In this document: one piece after another, positions 51,250-64,000 of the stretch
How the letters are laid out: every line of letters starts with the position of its first letter
How positions within the stretch are numbered: position 1 is the stretch's first letter
NCBI GenBank assembly: GCA_951406725.2
Contig: OX597833.1
Location: forward strand, 22,568,001 to 22,632,000
Source: Octopus vulgaris
Taxonomy: Eukaryota
Length of the DNA: 64,000 nucleotides
Direction: 5' to 3'
Notes under the pieces: model-generated
What the model was told of the DNA's origin: nothing
Databases searched by the model: none
What the model saw: the letters and a program-made list of their open reading frames with translations, nothing else
Position numbers and translations under genes: made by a program

Positions 51250-52010
51250 CATATATATATATATATATACAGATAGATATATTTAAATAAATGTGTGTAT
51301 ACACACATACATACACACACACACGCATAACATCATTATTACGGCTTAGCTTTGCGAACGAAATTGATGAAGGGAGTCTGTTGACAGACTCCCTTCATCA
51401 ATTGCTGATAACGCAAGTACAGAGCAATCAGGCAAGCTCAGCCACAGCAGCTCCAGGTGAAATTCTGTTCTGTGTTGTGTATTGGTGCGCTACAGTACTT
51501 CATTAATCTTCTTTTAGCCTCAAGGTCGGCCCTGTGTGTTCTCGAAGTGAGAGACAGACTAGTAAATGGTGTGTTGTCAAAGCTTTTGATTGGAGTCCAT
51601 AGCAGGTCACCAATATTTGCCAATGTTACGGACACCAAGTGCTGTTGTGAACATAACAGCATGGCCTCAATACTGGTGACTTCCACCTGTTAGTGGATTT
51701 GGTATTAATATTACTTCAGTGGATGTTGAGGAGGGTATAGAGGCAGCACTACTGGTAGCCTTCAAGGAGTCCTATGTAGTGACGGTGGATACTATTCAGA
51801 GTTGTTCAGCAGGGTTGACAGTACCACGATTCTGTACATGCTGATCGTTGAACCTCTTCTCATATACTTATTGCTCTAGACTCTTTTGTACAGCCTGAAG
51901 AATGTACTGTTCGCTTTTCTCGTCAGTTGTCAACATCTTTTTCGATCTTGGTATCCGATGAGATGATGCTCTGCAAGCAACTGAATTGGTGGACTATCTT
52001 CGGCTGTATC
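50470..52010 (-). pseudogene. Highly decayed RTE-like LINE pieces interrupted by microsatellites
   Basis: TSIEAMLL and FE..RADLEAKRR at 51480-51690 resemble the RTE RT C-terminus. 50480-50760 loosely resembles the APE region. Confidence 0.4.
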
Positions 52011-52479
52011 CCACGTATATAAAATAAGGAGGGGGTTAATATTCTTTTCCTTCTAATAAATCAAATTTTAAATTACATGTCCAATATAAGAAAACCCTAA
52101 TATACTATCATACAGCTAATGAAGATTTAGAGTTAATAGAAGCACCACCGACGTTACGATGTTAGTTCAAGTGCAGCTCACACACACACTCACACACACA
52201 TTCACACACACACACAAGCACACACACATACATACACACACGCACGCATGCACATAGACACAGACATAGGAATAAACACAGGCATACAGACACACGTGTG
52301 CGCACGCACCTCACAACGCACACATCACACACCTAACATGCACCTCACACACCTCACACACTTCACGCACACACCTCACACATCCCACGCACGTACTTCT
52401 CACACCTCACGCACAGATCTATAAATACATACATAATTCACAAAGGATATATATATATATATCTACGCATATAACACCG

Positions 52480-52815
52480 ATTAGGTGTATTTCCGCTCTT
52501 CACATATATCACAAACATGATCAATGAGATGCTGATAAGGTTACCTATAGATGTAAAGAGAATACAAGCTCATACACATTCTCAGTTCTACACAAACCTC
52601 ACATAAATAATACAACATGAATGTGATTGTAGTGGATCGTCTAGTTGTCCTCTCAATAGAATATGTCCATCGAAAGAAATATCATTAAAGAGCGCATACA
52701 CAGAATCCGTAGACCGTACAGTAAAGACTTATATAGGGTTAACCAATAACACTTTTAAAATAGCTTCCCGATTTATACTTACTCGTTTGCATTCAGGAAC
52801 GAAAGCGGAAGAGAG
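52480..52815 (+). pseudogene. Naiad-type GIY-YIG endonuclease fragment
   Basis: KVTYRC...ECDCSGSSSCPLNRICPSKEI...KTYIGLTNNTFK: the CxC-x5-CPL-x3-C Zn motif and the YIG motif. Confidence 0.7.
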
Positions 52816-53645
52816 CTAGAATGTTAAAACTTAGTGCGCATGCACAGTAGACTATCTCTCTCTTTCTCTTTCTCCCTCTTCCTCCTTTACTCTCTCTCTT
52901 TGCTCACACGTGACCATCGTCCATTTTTCTTTTTCTCAAGTGATCATCTTTCTTATCTGTCTCCTCTCCTATCTTTTCTCTTGTCAAAGAATATTCCTCC
53001 AGCATTCGCTACCTTACCTCGTCTGGCCTATTGGCCCTCCATGTTTGTTTTCGTTTGATCTGTTGTATGTCCCCACTGTCCTGTTTTTGTTATCAACTTT
53101 GACCCTCCGCAAAATCACAAATTTTATTTCGGTTCGCGAGAGCAACTGTTTTCGAAGCTTCATATTGTCGTTAATTGCTCGAAATGTGGAGTAGATGACA
53201 GTAGAACAGCCAACAACTGATGAAGGGTCGTTCTTTATGTTACTTGTCTTGTTTTTCAATTGTTTCTCTCTGTTGTTCGCATACCCAAGTTTACCTTCGT
53301 ATTTCTCGTTGTTAACGTATTACATGTTGTTTACATTTTGTGACGTCCTGTACCCATATATGCTTATATATATAGATATATATATCGATGATGGGCAAAG
53401 ACCCTGAAACATGCGTGTCTCTAGATGCAGGCCTAGCTGTTGGGGGTATTTGTCTCCCCTTCGTAAATATATAAGGACACAGGAAATGTGTCGAAGCCAA
53501 CAGGAAGCGTCGATGCTTCCTAGGGCTAAACAGCGGTGGTGTAATCCCCTACTGTCACGTTAAGTTGACAGTATACAACCACTCTATCGCCCCACCACCG
53601 TACATATCTCTATGAGATATTTAGAAATTTAATATTTCTGGTATA

Positions 53646-53730
<85 letters not shown>

Positions 53731-53732
53731 AT

Positions 53733-56714
53733 AAATCCTTAAATCCTTTAAAATGTTTTAGCCCGAAGGCCGCGGCCATGTTGGGGCACCACAGCTGAAT
53801 GAGCTACACTAATATGTGAATCCACCTCTGATACGTGGCACTTGATCAACAAGGGAGTTCGATGCTGCTGCCCGCATCTGTGTCTCCTGTCGTGAGGTAG
53901 GTTCATCTGGGACCCCCGACAAGAAGAGATCCAGTTTAGTTTTAAAGAAACCCACATCCACACCATGTAAGTCTCTCAGGCATTTAGGGAGGATGTTAAA
54001 GAGCTGTGGTCCTCTGAAACCCAAGCTGTTGCAGTATCTGGACCTGTATTTTGATGGTGATGTTGGAATCTTTGGCACCATGCAGTGGCGCCCCTTTCTG
54101 CGGTTGGGGTAACTTTGAATGCCAAAGTTTGGGACAAGACCCTCCAGGATTTTCCAGATGTATATCACCGCATATCTCTCCCGCCTCCACTCTAGGGAGA
54201 AGAGGTTTAATACTTTCAGTCTTTCCCAGTAGCTGATATTTTGCATTGAGACGATCTTCTTTGTGTAGCTTCTTTGAATTGCTTCGAGTTCTGCTGTTAG
54301 TTTTATATTGTGTGGTGACCATAGTTGGGAGCAGTAGTCCAAGCGGCTGAGGAGAATGTTTTCCAGAGGACCATCAGTGTCTCCTTCTCTCTTGTTCTGA
54401 AAGTTCGGAGAATCCATCCAGCTAGCCGTCTGCATTTTATCACCAGATTAGTAATATGCACTTGGAAAGATGCATCATTGCTCATGTCAATGCCCAGGTC
54501 ACGCACTGATTTTGACTCAGGGATTGCAATTCTTCCTGGGCCAGTGTATCCAGTCTGCATGTCGTTTACCTTTGTGTGCCGGTAGCGCAGGGCCTGGAAC
54601 TTACCTGCATTAAACTGCATGTTGTTGTCCTCAGCCCACCTGTATATTGTATCCAACTCCTGTTGCAGATGCGCAATATTTTCAGGGTTTTGTATTGTGT
54701 GGGAGACTTTTGTGTCATCTGCATAGCTAGCAAGGGTGGCCATCGTAGCAACTGAAGGCATGTCTGAAAGGGCCACTATGAACAGCAGTGGCCCCAAGAC
54801 AGTGCCCTGTGGAACACCGCTTGTTATTTGTGTTTCCTTGGAGGTGGCTCCATTGCTCACAACTGCCTGTCTTCTGTCTTTTAGGAAGTTGTGCAGCCAC
54901 TCTCCAAGTTTTCCGCCTATGCCGAGACCACGCAGTTTGTGACAGATCATACCGTGGTCGACTTTATCAAAGGCTTTTGCAAAGTCGAGATATATTACAT
55001 CCACATTTGAGCCATTTAGTAGCTGTTTTAACACCCAGTCATAGTGTTGCAGGAGCTGTGTTAGGCAGCTTCTACCTGGTCGAAATCCATGCTGGGTGTC
55101 AGACAGCAAGTCATTTTCTTCAAGGAACATGATTAGTTTCTTGCGGACTATTCGTTCCATGACTTTGCTGATGTGTGAGGTCAGAGAGATAGGCCTATAA
55201 TTTTTAGCATCTGCTCTGCTACCTCCCTTATGGATAGGGCATATTACCCCTTTTTTATTTTGACTGGGAGCTTACCACTTGCAAGAAAGCTCTGAAAAAG
55301 AAGCTGTAGCGGTTTTGCAAGGGCTCGTTTGTACGATTTGTGAAGGATCGCTGGAAATCCATCAGGTCCAGCAGCTGAGTTTGTGTCAATCTCATCTATG
55401 GCTAGTGTGATATCATCATCTTCAATGTTGATGTACTCAATTTTTGCCTCTTTGGCCGCAGGTAAAGTGGCAAAGAATTCTTCTGGGTTGTTTACTTGCC
55501 TGTGTCCTAGAGGTGTAGTGAACACACTTTGGAATTGTTCGTTCAATATTTCACTTATCCTCGTGGGATTTCCTGTGAGAGAGCCATCTTTTTGGAAGAG
55601 AGGTCCTATTCTCTGGTGCACTGTGGCTGTCTCTTTGGCGAACTTAAAGAAAGCTTTAGGGTTTGATTTTATATTTTCTATTACCCAAGCTTCTTTATCT
55701 GCTCTCTCCTTTTCATGGGACTGATGCAGACTTTTCTCAATTTCCATTAGCATTCTCTCGAGCCGAGACTTCTCACCACTTTTGGTGTGCTTGCTCAGGC
55801 GGTTCGCAATCCTTGTCCGTCGTCTCATAAGAATCTTCCTTTCTCTAGGGATCCTGTTTTTGTTTTTGTGTGTGCTGGCCCTGCACACTGGGACATATTT
55901 GTCACATATGGCTTGTATTATGGACATGAAGTGTTTGTGTTTCATGTTTATGTCCGGTGTGGAGAGACATTTAGGCCAATCCTGTTTGAGGATCTCTTTC
56001 TCAATCAACTTCCAGTTTGCTTTATGAAATTTTAAGTTGGAGAGATGGTGGATGCTTCGTATAGGCTGTGTCTACGGGGGCTTTTGTTCCATACATAGAC
56101 AGCTCTATTATGTTGTGATCCGAGATCATTGTCGGCATCACATTAACATTATGGATAATATCCATATTGTTTGTGAAGCAGAGATCCAGTATATTATCTG
56201 CCCTTGTTGGTTGCAGAACTATTTGCTCCATGAAAGAGGCATTTGTGAGATGGAGCAGGGACTCTGACTGTGCCTGCTGATGATGTGTCATCCATGAGAG
56301 CATCTGTCCCCCAGGCCATTCCACATTGGGGAAGTTAAAGTCACCCATGAAGAATACACTGTTGTGTTGTTCAAGGTTGGTGAGGATTTCTATTTTTGTT
56401 AGGCAGTCTTCAAACATGCCTGAGTGATTTGGGGCATCTGGTGGGCGATATGTAGTGCATATGACGATATTCAGTTGTCTTATGTGTACAATTTGAGTGT
56501 CACACACTGAGTTTGAATATGACAACAGGACCTGGGGTGTGAGGTCATCTCGGATGTACATTGTAACTCCACCATGGCTCCTCCCTTTTCTATCTGAGCG
56601 TATGACTGCATATTGCGGCATGTGTATTTCTGCATCCCCTATATCGGGTCCAAGATGCGTTTCTGTGAGTGCCATGCATATAGCTTGATTGCATGTCACA
56701 AGGTCTCTCAGGAA
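53733..56714 (-). mobile_element. CR1-type LINE, 5'-truncated, ORF2 broken by frameshifts
   Basis: APE motifs ALTETHL, GGV..YIR, YRPP, GDFN, LDLCFT and SDH. RT motifs QHGFRPGRSCLTQLL, YLDFAKAFDKVDH, GVPQGTVLGPLLF and YADD, with C-terminal YWERLKVLNLFSLEWRRER. Short 3' UTR ends in (aaggattt)2. Confidence 0.95.
53809..56699 (-). pseudogene. APE endonuclease-reverse transcriptase ORF2 in four frameshifted pieces
   Basis: ORFs 56022-56699, 55244-56008, 54303-55160 and 53809-54435 are collinear parts of one protein. Confidence 0.93.
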
Positions 56715-56755
56715 TATATATGTATATCTATCTATCTATATATCTATTTGTCTAC

Positions 56756-56894
<139 letters not shown>

Positions 56895-56976
56895 CACACA
56901 CACACATATATATATATATACATACACACATATATATATACATACATACACACACATTCATACAAACATACATATG

Positions 56977-57087
56977 CATTTGTGTAAGTATATAGTTTTT
57001 TAGCTTGTTCATCTAAGAAAAGATTAATTACACTCAAATCCTGCTTCCTGATAGGTATCGGTCTCGTTGCAGTTGTTGCACCAGGTC
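56977..57087. repeat. Direct duplicate of about 110 bp, copy 1 (copy 2 at 59697-59808)
   Basis: tagcttgttcatctaa..ctcaaatcctgcttcct.ataggtatcggtctcgt.gcagttgttgca.caggtc is present in both copies. Confidence 0.9.
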
Positions 57088-57691
57088 AATACAAGTTTGA
57101 AGGACAAGACAGTGGTATGGCATTGCACTAACTTCACCCAACTATAGTAACAGTCATCGAGCAAATTGTTCAGAAAAATAAGACATCATTCCCAATGCCA
57201 TTTTATCTTGTTCATAAGTTCAGTGGCGATAGGAAAAGAGGCGACGGGAAAAGGGAGAAGGTGTTACGGGAAGTTTTCAGTTTTGACCCAGTACACGGGC
57301 GGCTATAGGGTGCTTGTCTTTCTGTCTGTCTGGATGGATGTATATATGTAGAGCAGCATCAGCACCAAGCAGTGATTAGGAATAAACGAACTTTAGGTTA
57401 GTTAAAATGTTTGTGACATTTCTTCTAAAGAAGAAATTTCACTGCAGTTACCAAGGAGAAAAAAAAAATCCTCTCTTATGGTAAAAGGTGTAAAAAACAC
57501 CATATCCGCCCAGTGCTTCTCCTTTCGGATTCCCAGATGCGTGTTTCTGGCTATTTAGCCTTCTTGAATAGCGTCTCTCTCTCTTCATATAATACAAATA
57601 GCCATGTATGTATGTTTGCATGTATGTATGTGCGTGTCTGATTGTCAGTATATTCGACGCATCTAATTGAAAGGGTATACGCGCGCGCGCA

Positions 57692-57770
<79 letters not shown>

Positions 57771-57789
57771 GCACGCACACACACACATG

Positions 57790-57985
57790 CCTATGTGTAA
57801 GCAGGATGACAGCGTCCCCAAAGACCTTCTCTATATAACACTCACATCCGACAAAAGCATAATTAGTCGTCCGCAATTGCAATAAAAAATTAGCTGCAAG
57901 TAGGACGCGAAAGCGTTTGCTATAACATGAAAGAGTAGAAAGAACATTTTTAACATTCGACTGGTGTTTCAGCCGTGACAATCCC
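57790..57985 (+). pseudogene. RTE-clade RT C-terminal fragment
   Basis: DDSVPKDLLYITLTSDKSIISRPQLQ*K..CK*D.K matches R-M-x-D-x-R-x-PK-x-LLY-x-EL...GRP-x-LR-x-KD. Confidence 0.6.
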
Positions 57986-59442
57986 AACATCCTTCCGGAA
58001 TATTATATCCTGGTATAGAGTTATCCAGTGTACTGAATAATTTTTTTGATTGTAGATTTTTAGAAGGTAGGATGAAATTTGAAGAAGATTTGGCTTCTAT
58101 TTTCTAGCAGGTTGATTGATCGCTTGCATAGAGACTTCGTCTTTGTTGCCTATTCAGATTTATGGGTCTGTAGATTAAATTTCATTGCTCATAGCAACGA
58201 AGTCTCACTTAAACCACGAGTGACAGTCTTAAAAATAAAAGGGAAAGGTCAGAGTAAATAAAGAAGTTTTTGAACACCGATGTCGCTTAAAAGATGGGAT
58301 GGTCATGGACGGAACGTCATTAATCACAAGCTTACTCCACCATGTCGGTCCTATAGCTAAATAACCATAGAGACCACTAAATAATAATGTTAACTACTTC
58401 GATCAGAGTTGGCCTGGAGCAAGGCCGTAGCAACAGAGTACTCTTTCACCACAACTTTCTCTCACTCTTTCTTCCTACTTCTGCCACAAAGCAGAGGAAC
58501 CATGGTGTAACCCACTATGGTGTGGTAAAACTTTCAGATCTTAGTCTAGATTGCGAATCCTCTGTACTCCAGGATGGTTCAGCTCTCCACCCGTTAAAAG
58601 CCACCGTTTACGGAATGAGGATAACAACGTAGCTTTCGCGCCCGTGCAACCGCCAGTCTATCGCGTGTGGTAGGGTGGATCTTCAAGTTGCCACACGTAT
58701 TCTTAGTAGCTTAGAGTAGGCTCGAATTAGAGATTATTCTTTGTGGCTAATGGCGTGAGTCATGACTAGAAGAAGAAGAAGAAGAAGAAGCAGTAACAGC
58801 AGCAGCAATAGCAGCAGCGCAAGTTGCAGCAGTAGCGGCAGTAGCAACAGCAGCAACAACAACAAAACCAAAAACTTCTAGGTCCCAGCCATTTCATCAT
58901 CTTTCCAAGTATGCTCATAGAAAAAAACTTCTGGAATTTTTTATTAGGTTAAAGATTTGGTTGTCATTGTAACAGGTCGATTAGTTAGATAGAGGAATAG
59001 CATATCTCGGAGTACTTAATTTTCCGGCCGTACCCAGACCTTTCATTAGCTGCATAGTAGAAGAAAATGTTTATATTATTTTTATTTAGCAATATGACAG
59101 TCCTCATCGAGTGTACCAATGATTAAAGCCATTTCAGGCGAGATTTTCTTGTCTTCTTCATAAGTGCAGAGGACCCAGGATCACATTATTCAATTATTTG
59201 TAACAATCCAAACAAACTGCAGAGTGGCATCCTCGTGGCTCAACCAGAAGAAAATTTGCTGGTCAATGTAACAGAGCGAGAAGGTAACTTTGCAATATTA
59301 TTTAGTTGAAATAAACAGTGTGATTGCAAGATTTGGAAAATTGAAATATTACAAACAGATTTATACATGCACAGACAAACATACGCGCACAGACGTTAAA
59401 AATTAAACGGATCATATTTGAACAATAATTGAAATTGCAGCA

Positions 59443-59519
<77 letters not shown>

Positions 59520-59523
59520 CACA

Positions 59524-59578
<55 letters not shown>

Positions 59579-59858
59579 GTATATAGTAAAGATTCACACA
59601 CCAACCCACTACAGTCACTAATTCACAGATATGATGTTCGTTTCTCTTTGTCTTGTACACTTGTGCAAGTACAACAACGACCATTTATCGACAGCACATT
59701 TGTGGAAGTATATAACTTTTTAGCTTGTTCATCTAACAAAAAGTTAATTGCACCTCAAATCCTGCTTCCTCATAGGTATCGGTCTCGTGGCAGTTGTTGC
59801 AGCAGGTCTACACATTTATACATACATACATACATACATACATACATACATACATACA

Positions 59859-59890
<32 letters not shown>

Positions 59891-59892
59891 CA

Positions 59893-60101
59893 TACAGTTC
59901 CTGGCTTTGGTGTTAAAAGAAAATACTGGACTATCCGTTAATTATGATTTTATTCAACATATTTCCCTCTCAGATTCACGTACTTATTGCAGCTGTTCTT
60001 GAGTTTTTCCAAGGCCTGTAAAAGAATTCAGAAGGTTGGACCTCCAACCAAGCCTTTCGCGACATCCTTAGAGCCAGGAAATTTTTAGTACCACCTCATA
60101 T
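59893..60101 (-). mobile_element. mariner-derived MITE
   Basis: Inverted ends agttcctggcttt and agagccaggaaatttttagtaccacctca|ta. Internal minus-strand NKYVNLRGKYVE* resembles a mariner transposase C-terminus. Confidence 0.7.
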
Positions 60102-60394
60102 ATAGGCGCGCGCGCGTGTTTTGTGTGTTTGTGTGTTTGTATGTTTGCATGTATATATCTATGTATGTATTTGTTTGTAAGTTCCAAGCATAGCCGAATG
60201 CTTAAGAATGTCGGTTTTCAATCACAAAATATCTCGGGTTCGATCCCATTGTGAGGCATGATGGGCATGTATCTTTTCCCATAATCTTGGATTGACCCAA
60301 ATCAAGTGAAATTTGGTGTACGTAATCACTGTGTGGACAACAGTCAAATGGATTGTACCTGCAATTTTAAAAGTTCGCCCATGTTACGCACCTG

Positions 60395-60445
60395 TCACGC
60401 TGATAAACTACATGAGAACTACGATAACGAAACACGTGTTTGTGA
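60395..60445 (+). ncRNA. Decayed type I hammerhead-like motif
   Basis: tcacg-CTGATAA-(22 nt, poorly paired)-GAAA-cacgtg-TT-tgtga. Stem I and the palindromic stem III are intact, while G8 is mutated. Confidence 0.4.
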
Positions 60446-61230
60446 AATACTCGACCACTTACATGCATTGCTACCTTCAGGCACACGGATGGTTGATATA
60501 TAGAGCCCCACGAGTCTAGAGACCGAATTCTGTGCCTTGCTGTCAATAAATAATGCTATAGGGCCAGTTCATCGATTTGCCAGTGGCACTGGGGGCTATA
60601 ACACTGCTGAGACAGCCCCGCCTACATGCTTATTCAATGAACATGTGGTTGAGTATACCGAGCAATTGAATACTCATCGTCGAAAGCGCCAGAGATCCAT
60701 TTGCTCTATGTATGTGCGCATGCGCCTGTTTTGTGAGCCCACATTTTCAGCACACTTCTTATCTCACCTCACAGTTTATTCTATTCACTCTTTTTGACTT
60801 TTTTTATCTACGAACTTTTATAACATCCAAAGATTGCTAGTATCATTAAATCATCGCTTAATCAATTGAAGTTGCTTTTGTTATTGTTGATGTTGTTAGT
60901 GTTAAAAGATGTTGATAATGATGATGGCAGTGGTGCAGCGTTTTGCTCTTGGTTGTTGCTGTTGTTGTTGTTGTTGCTGTCCTTGTTGTTATTGTTGCCG
61001 TCGAACTGTTTCATTGTTCACGGTATCATTGCATTTGTGCTTATTGAGAAAGTTGGTGTTAAAGTAGCGGTGACGGTGGCGGTGGTGGTAACTCTTGTTA
61101 CTTGACGTTGTTGTTGTTGTTATTGCCATCGTTGTCTTTATTTTTATTTATGGTTGTTGCTGTTGACCCATCTGTAAGCAAGAGCAGCAGCAGCTGCAAC
61201 AGTATCATCATCATCATCATCATCATCATC

Positions 61231-61267
<37 letters not shown>

Positions 61268-61749
61268 ACAATATCAGTACTAGTAGTGGCAGCAGCAATA
61301 ATAACAGCAACAGTAGCAACATTAGTAGCGGTAGTGGTAGTTGGTGTAATAGTAGTATCTGAAGCAGCAGCAGCAGCAGTAGTAGCAGCAGCAGCAGCAG
61401 CAGCAATAATAGTAGTAGTAGTAGTAGTAGTAAGACGGCGAAAAGGCAGTCATGAGATCGAGAGGACAGAATGTTTCGCAGAGAGTCTGAAAATATTGTT
61501 CCGGATGTTCCGAGTTCAAATCCAGCTGAAGGCAAGTTTGCCTTTCATTCCTTCTTTGTCGATAAATCAAGTAACAGTGCAGTATTGGGATCGCAATTCC
61601 CCTCCCCTTCTGTTTCTCTCCTTCTCCCCCCTCTCCCTCTCTGTCTTTCTCTTTCTGTTTTGAAATCGGCTGCCTGAATGGGCGAAAGATGAAACGTTCA
61701 GCTTACTGCTTCTCTGATCAGCTCACCACTACTTTGTGGACATGACAAG

Positions 61750-61781
<32 letters not shown>

Positions 61782-61788
61782 GTAGTAA

Positions 61789-61852
<64 letters not shown>

Positions 61853-61917
61853 TATGTTAAGGAGGGGGAGTCACATATATATGTATGTTGTCTGGCAGTG
61901 AATATATATATATATAT

Positions 61918-62060
61918 ATATAAAATAATATGTTACATTACTCAGAGTTTTATCTTGACTATTGAGTAATGTAACATATTATTTTATAGATAAATTTCCT
62001 CTATTTACATAATATTGAGGTCTCTTTCTTTCTTTTGTTATCTTACCGTTTTTACCAATA
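61918..62060 (+). mobile_element. Short fold-back element related to 47107-47410
   Basis: Hairpin tataaaataatatgttacattactca...tgagtaatgtaacatattattttata, plus the same tail ttcctctatttacataatat.gaggtctctttc. Flanked by (TA)n. Confidence 0.75.
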
Positions 62061-62417
62061 TATATATATATATATATAAACGGCTCCATGGTCGAAGGTT
62101 CCACATAGAACTTTTCGGCCGCTTGCAATGAGGATCGAACTCGTTGGTCCGGCCGTCTTATTACAACTTACTATAATTTCATTCGCGGTGATTGTAGTTG
62201 TTGATGTTGAGATTGTTGCTTTACTTCATCTCTTGTTGCACTATAATTCACGAGGAGGAAAAAGAAAATGGGAAAACGGGAGATTTATGCATTTCCGAAA
62301 TGTATTAGCGGCAGCAAGAAAGTGTCATGATGTTTTAAAACAATTTATGGGAGGTTCGAAACTTAGTCACAGTCTTGGCTTTTAGCTCTGAAAATTTCGA
62401 AATATTAAATACAATGT

Positions 62418-62830
62418 GGCGCAGGAGTGGCTGTGTGGTAAGTAGCTTGCTAACCAATCACATGGTTCTGGGTTCAGTCCCACTGCGTGGCGTCTTGGGC
62501 AAGTGTCTTCTGCTATAGCCCCGGGCCGACCAATGCCTTGTGAGTGGATTTGGTAGATGGAAACTGAAAGAAGCCCGTCGTATATATGTATATATATATA
62601 TATATGCGTGTATATGTTTGTGTCTGTGTTTGTCCCCCTAGCATTGCTTGACAACCGATGCTGGTGTGTTTATGTCCCCGTCACTTTGCGGTTCGGCAAA
62701 AGAGACCGATAGAATAAGTACTAGGCTTACAAAGAATAAGTCCCGGGGTCGATTTGCTCGACTAAAGGCGGTGCTCCAGCATGGCCGCAGTCAAATGACT
62801 GAAACAAGTAAAAGAGTAAAAGAGAGAGTA
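62418..62830 (+). mobile_element. SINE family B, full length
   Basis: Head ggcgcaggagtggctgtgtggtaag, body, internal microsatellite and tail. Confidence 0.93.
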
Positions 62831-62852
62831 AGAGTAATGTAGCGTGGGTCAT

Positions 62853-62982
62853 TTGCCGAGGTCGACTTAACCTTTCATCCTTTCGGAGTCGATAAATTAA
62901 GTACAAGTGGAGCACTGGGGGTCGATGTAATCGATTAGCCCTCTGCTCCAAATTTCAGGCCTTGTGCCTATAGTAGAAAGGC
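62853..62982 (+). mobile_element. SINE family A, 3' half
   Basis: gccgaggtcgact..cctttcatcctttcggagtcgataaattaagtac...gccttgtgcctatagtagaaag. Confidence 0.8.
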
Positions 62983-63129
62983 TTATAAATTACGACACTG
63001 CTGTTGTTGTTAACCCCAGTCTTGAGGAGACCTGGGGTTATTTTCAAAGACTAACCTTTCCGAATTTTTCTCAGACATCGTATAAGTGTTCAAAATAATT
63101 GTCTCCTTTTTATCTGTTTTTTTCTCTCT

Positions 63130-63520
<391 letters not shown>

Positions 63521-63874
63521 TTCTTTTCAGATCATAAATATCCGCCAGGGAATTTTTGCCTACAAATTGCTCGGATATTTTCAATAAATCGAAGTTTTCT
63601 AACACATATCATTACATACACGATACCCAACCATATTTGCATTAAGTATACTAAGCAATCTCAGCTATGTTGTTGATTTTCATAACCATCTCATTACATT
63701 TCCTCGATTTCTATGTGTACTAATCACTATTTGTCTTGCCAACTGACTAGTATGTGCTTCGCAGAAGAAGTTCTCATAACGCCTATACATATCTATTGTC
63801 TTCAACAGTTGGCTTTGAAGATCAGATCCATTGAATTTGCGTTGTCTATTTTGTCGCAAGAAAGTGTTTCGATC

Positions 63875-63911
63875 GAAGAAGGGAGATAACTCCAAGTTAT
63901 CTCCCTTCTTC
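63875..63911. repeat. Perfect 16-bp inverted repeat gaagaagggagataac-tccaa-gttatctcccttcttc
   Basis: Directly visible. Confidence 0.95.
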
Positions 63912-64000
63912 ATTCTACAATTTGAAACCCTACTAGAAAGATTATTTTTGCAATTATATTTTGTCTATTTACTTGTTTCAGTCAATAGACTACGGCCATA

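Noticed and set aside
53809-56699. Active or domesticated reverse transcriptase gene
   Set aside because: It has at least three frameshifts and a 5' truncation within the APE domain.

Overview
AT-rich, gene-poor eukaryotic DNA, most likely intronic or intergenic sequence from an octopus or other coleoid cephalopod. This assignment is inferred from the SINE families and the extreme microsatellite load. No intact protein-coding gene is supported, and most entries in the ORF track are microsatellite translations. The window is a mosaic of (TACA/TA/CA/GA/trinucleotide)n repeats, about four tRNA-derived SINE families, and decayed transposons. The transposons are a 3-kb CR1-type LINE (APE+RT), RTE and L1/Tx1 remnants, R4/Dong-type RLE remnants, Penelope-like elements (PLEs, including Naiad-type RT/GIY-YIG fragments), a Tc1 transposase, mariner and hAT MITEs, and two non-autonomous Helitrons. 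Four signals stand out. (1) A recurring class of short (TA)n-embedded fold-back elements carries minimal type I hammerhead ribozyme motifs, several with a U3-A8 core variant, and one copy encloses a PLE RT fragment. (2) Two independent R4/Dong-like copies both sit at (TACA)n microsatellites. (3) The dominant SINE and the CR1 LINE share a covarying 3' stem-loop. (4) A 61-bp locally templated patch lies inside a LINE remnant. All translations, alignments and folds were read by eye, and boundaries are approximate.
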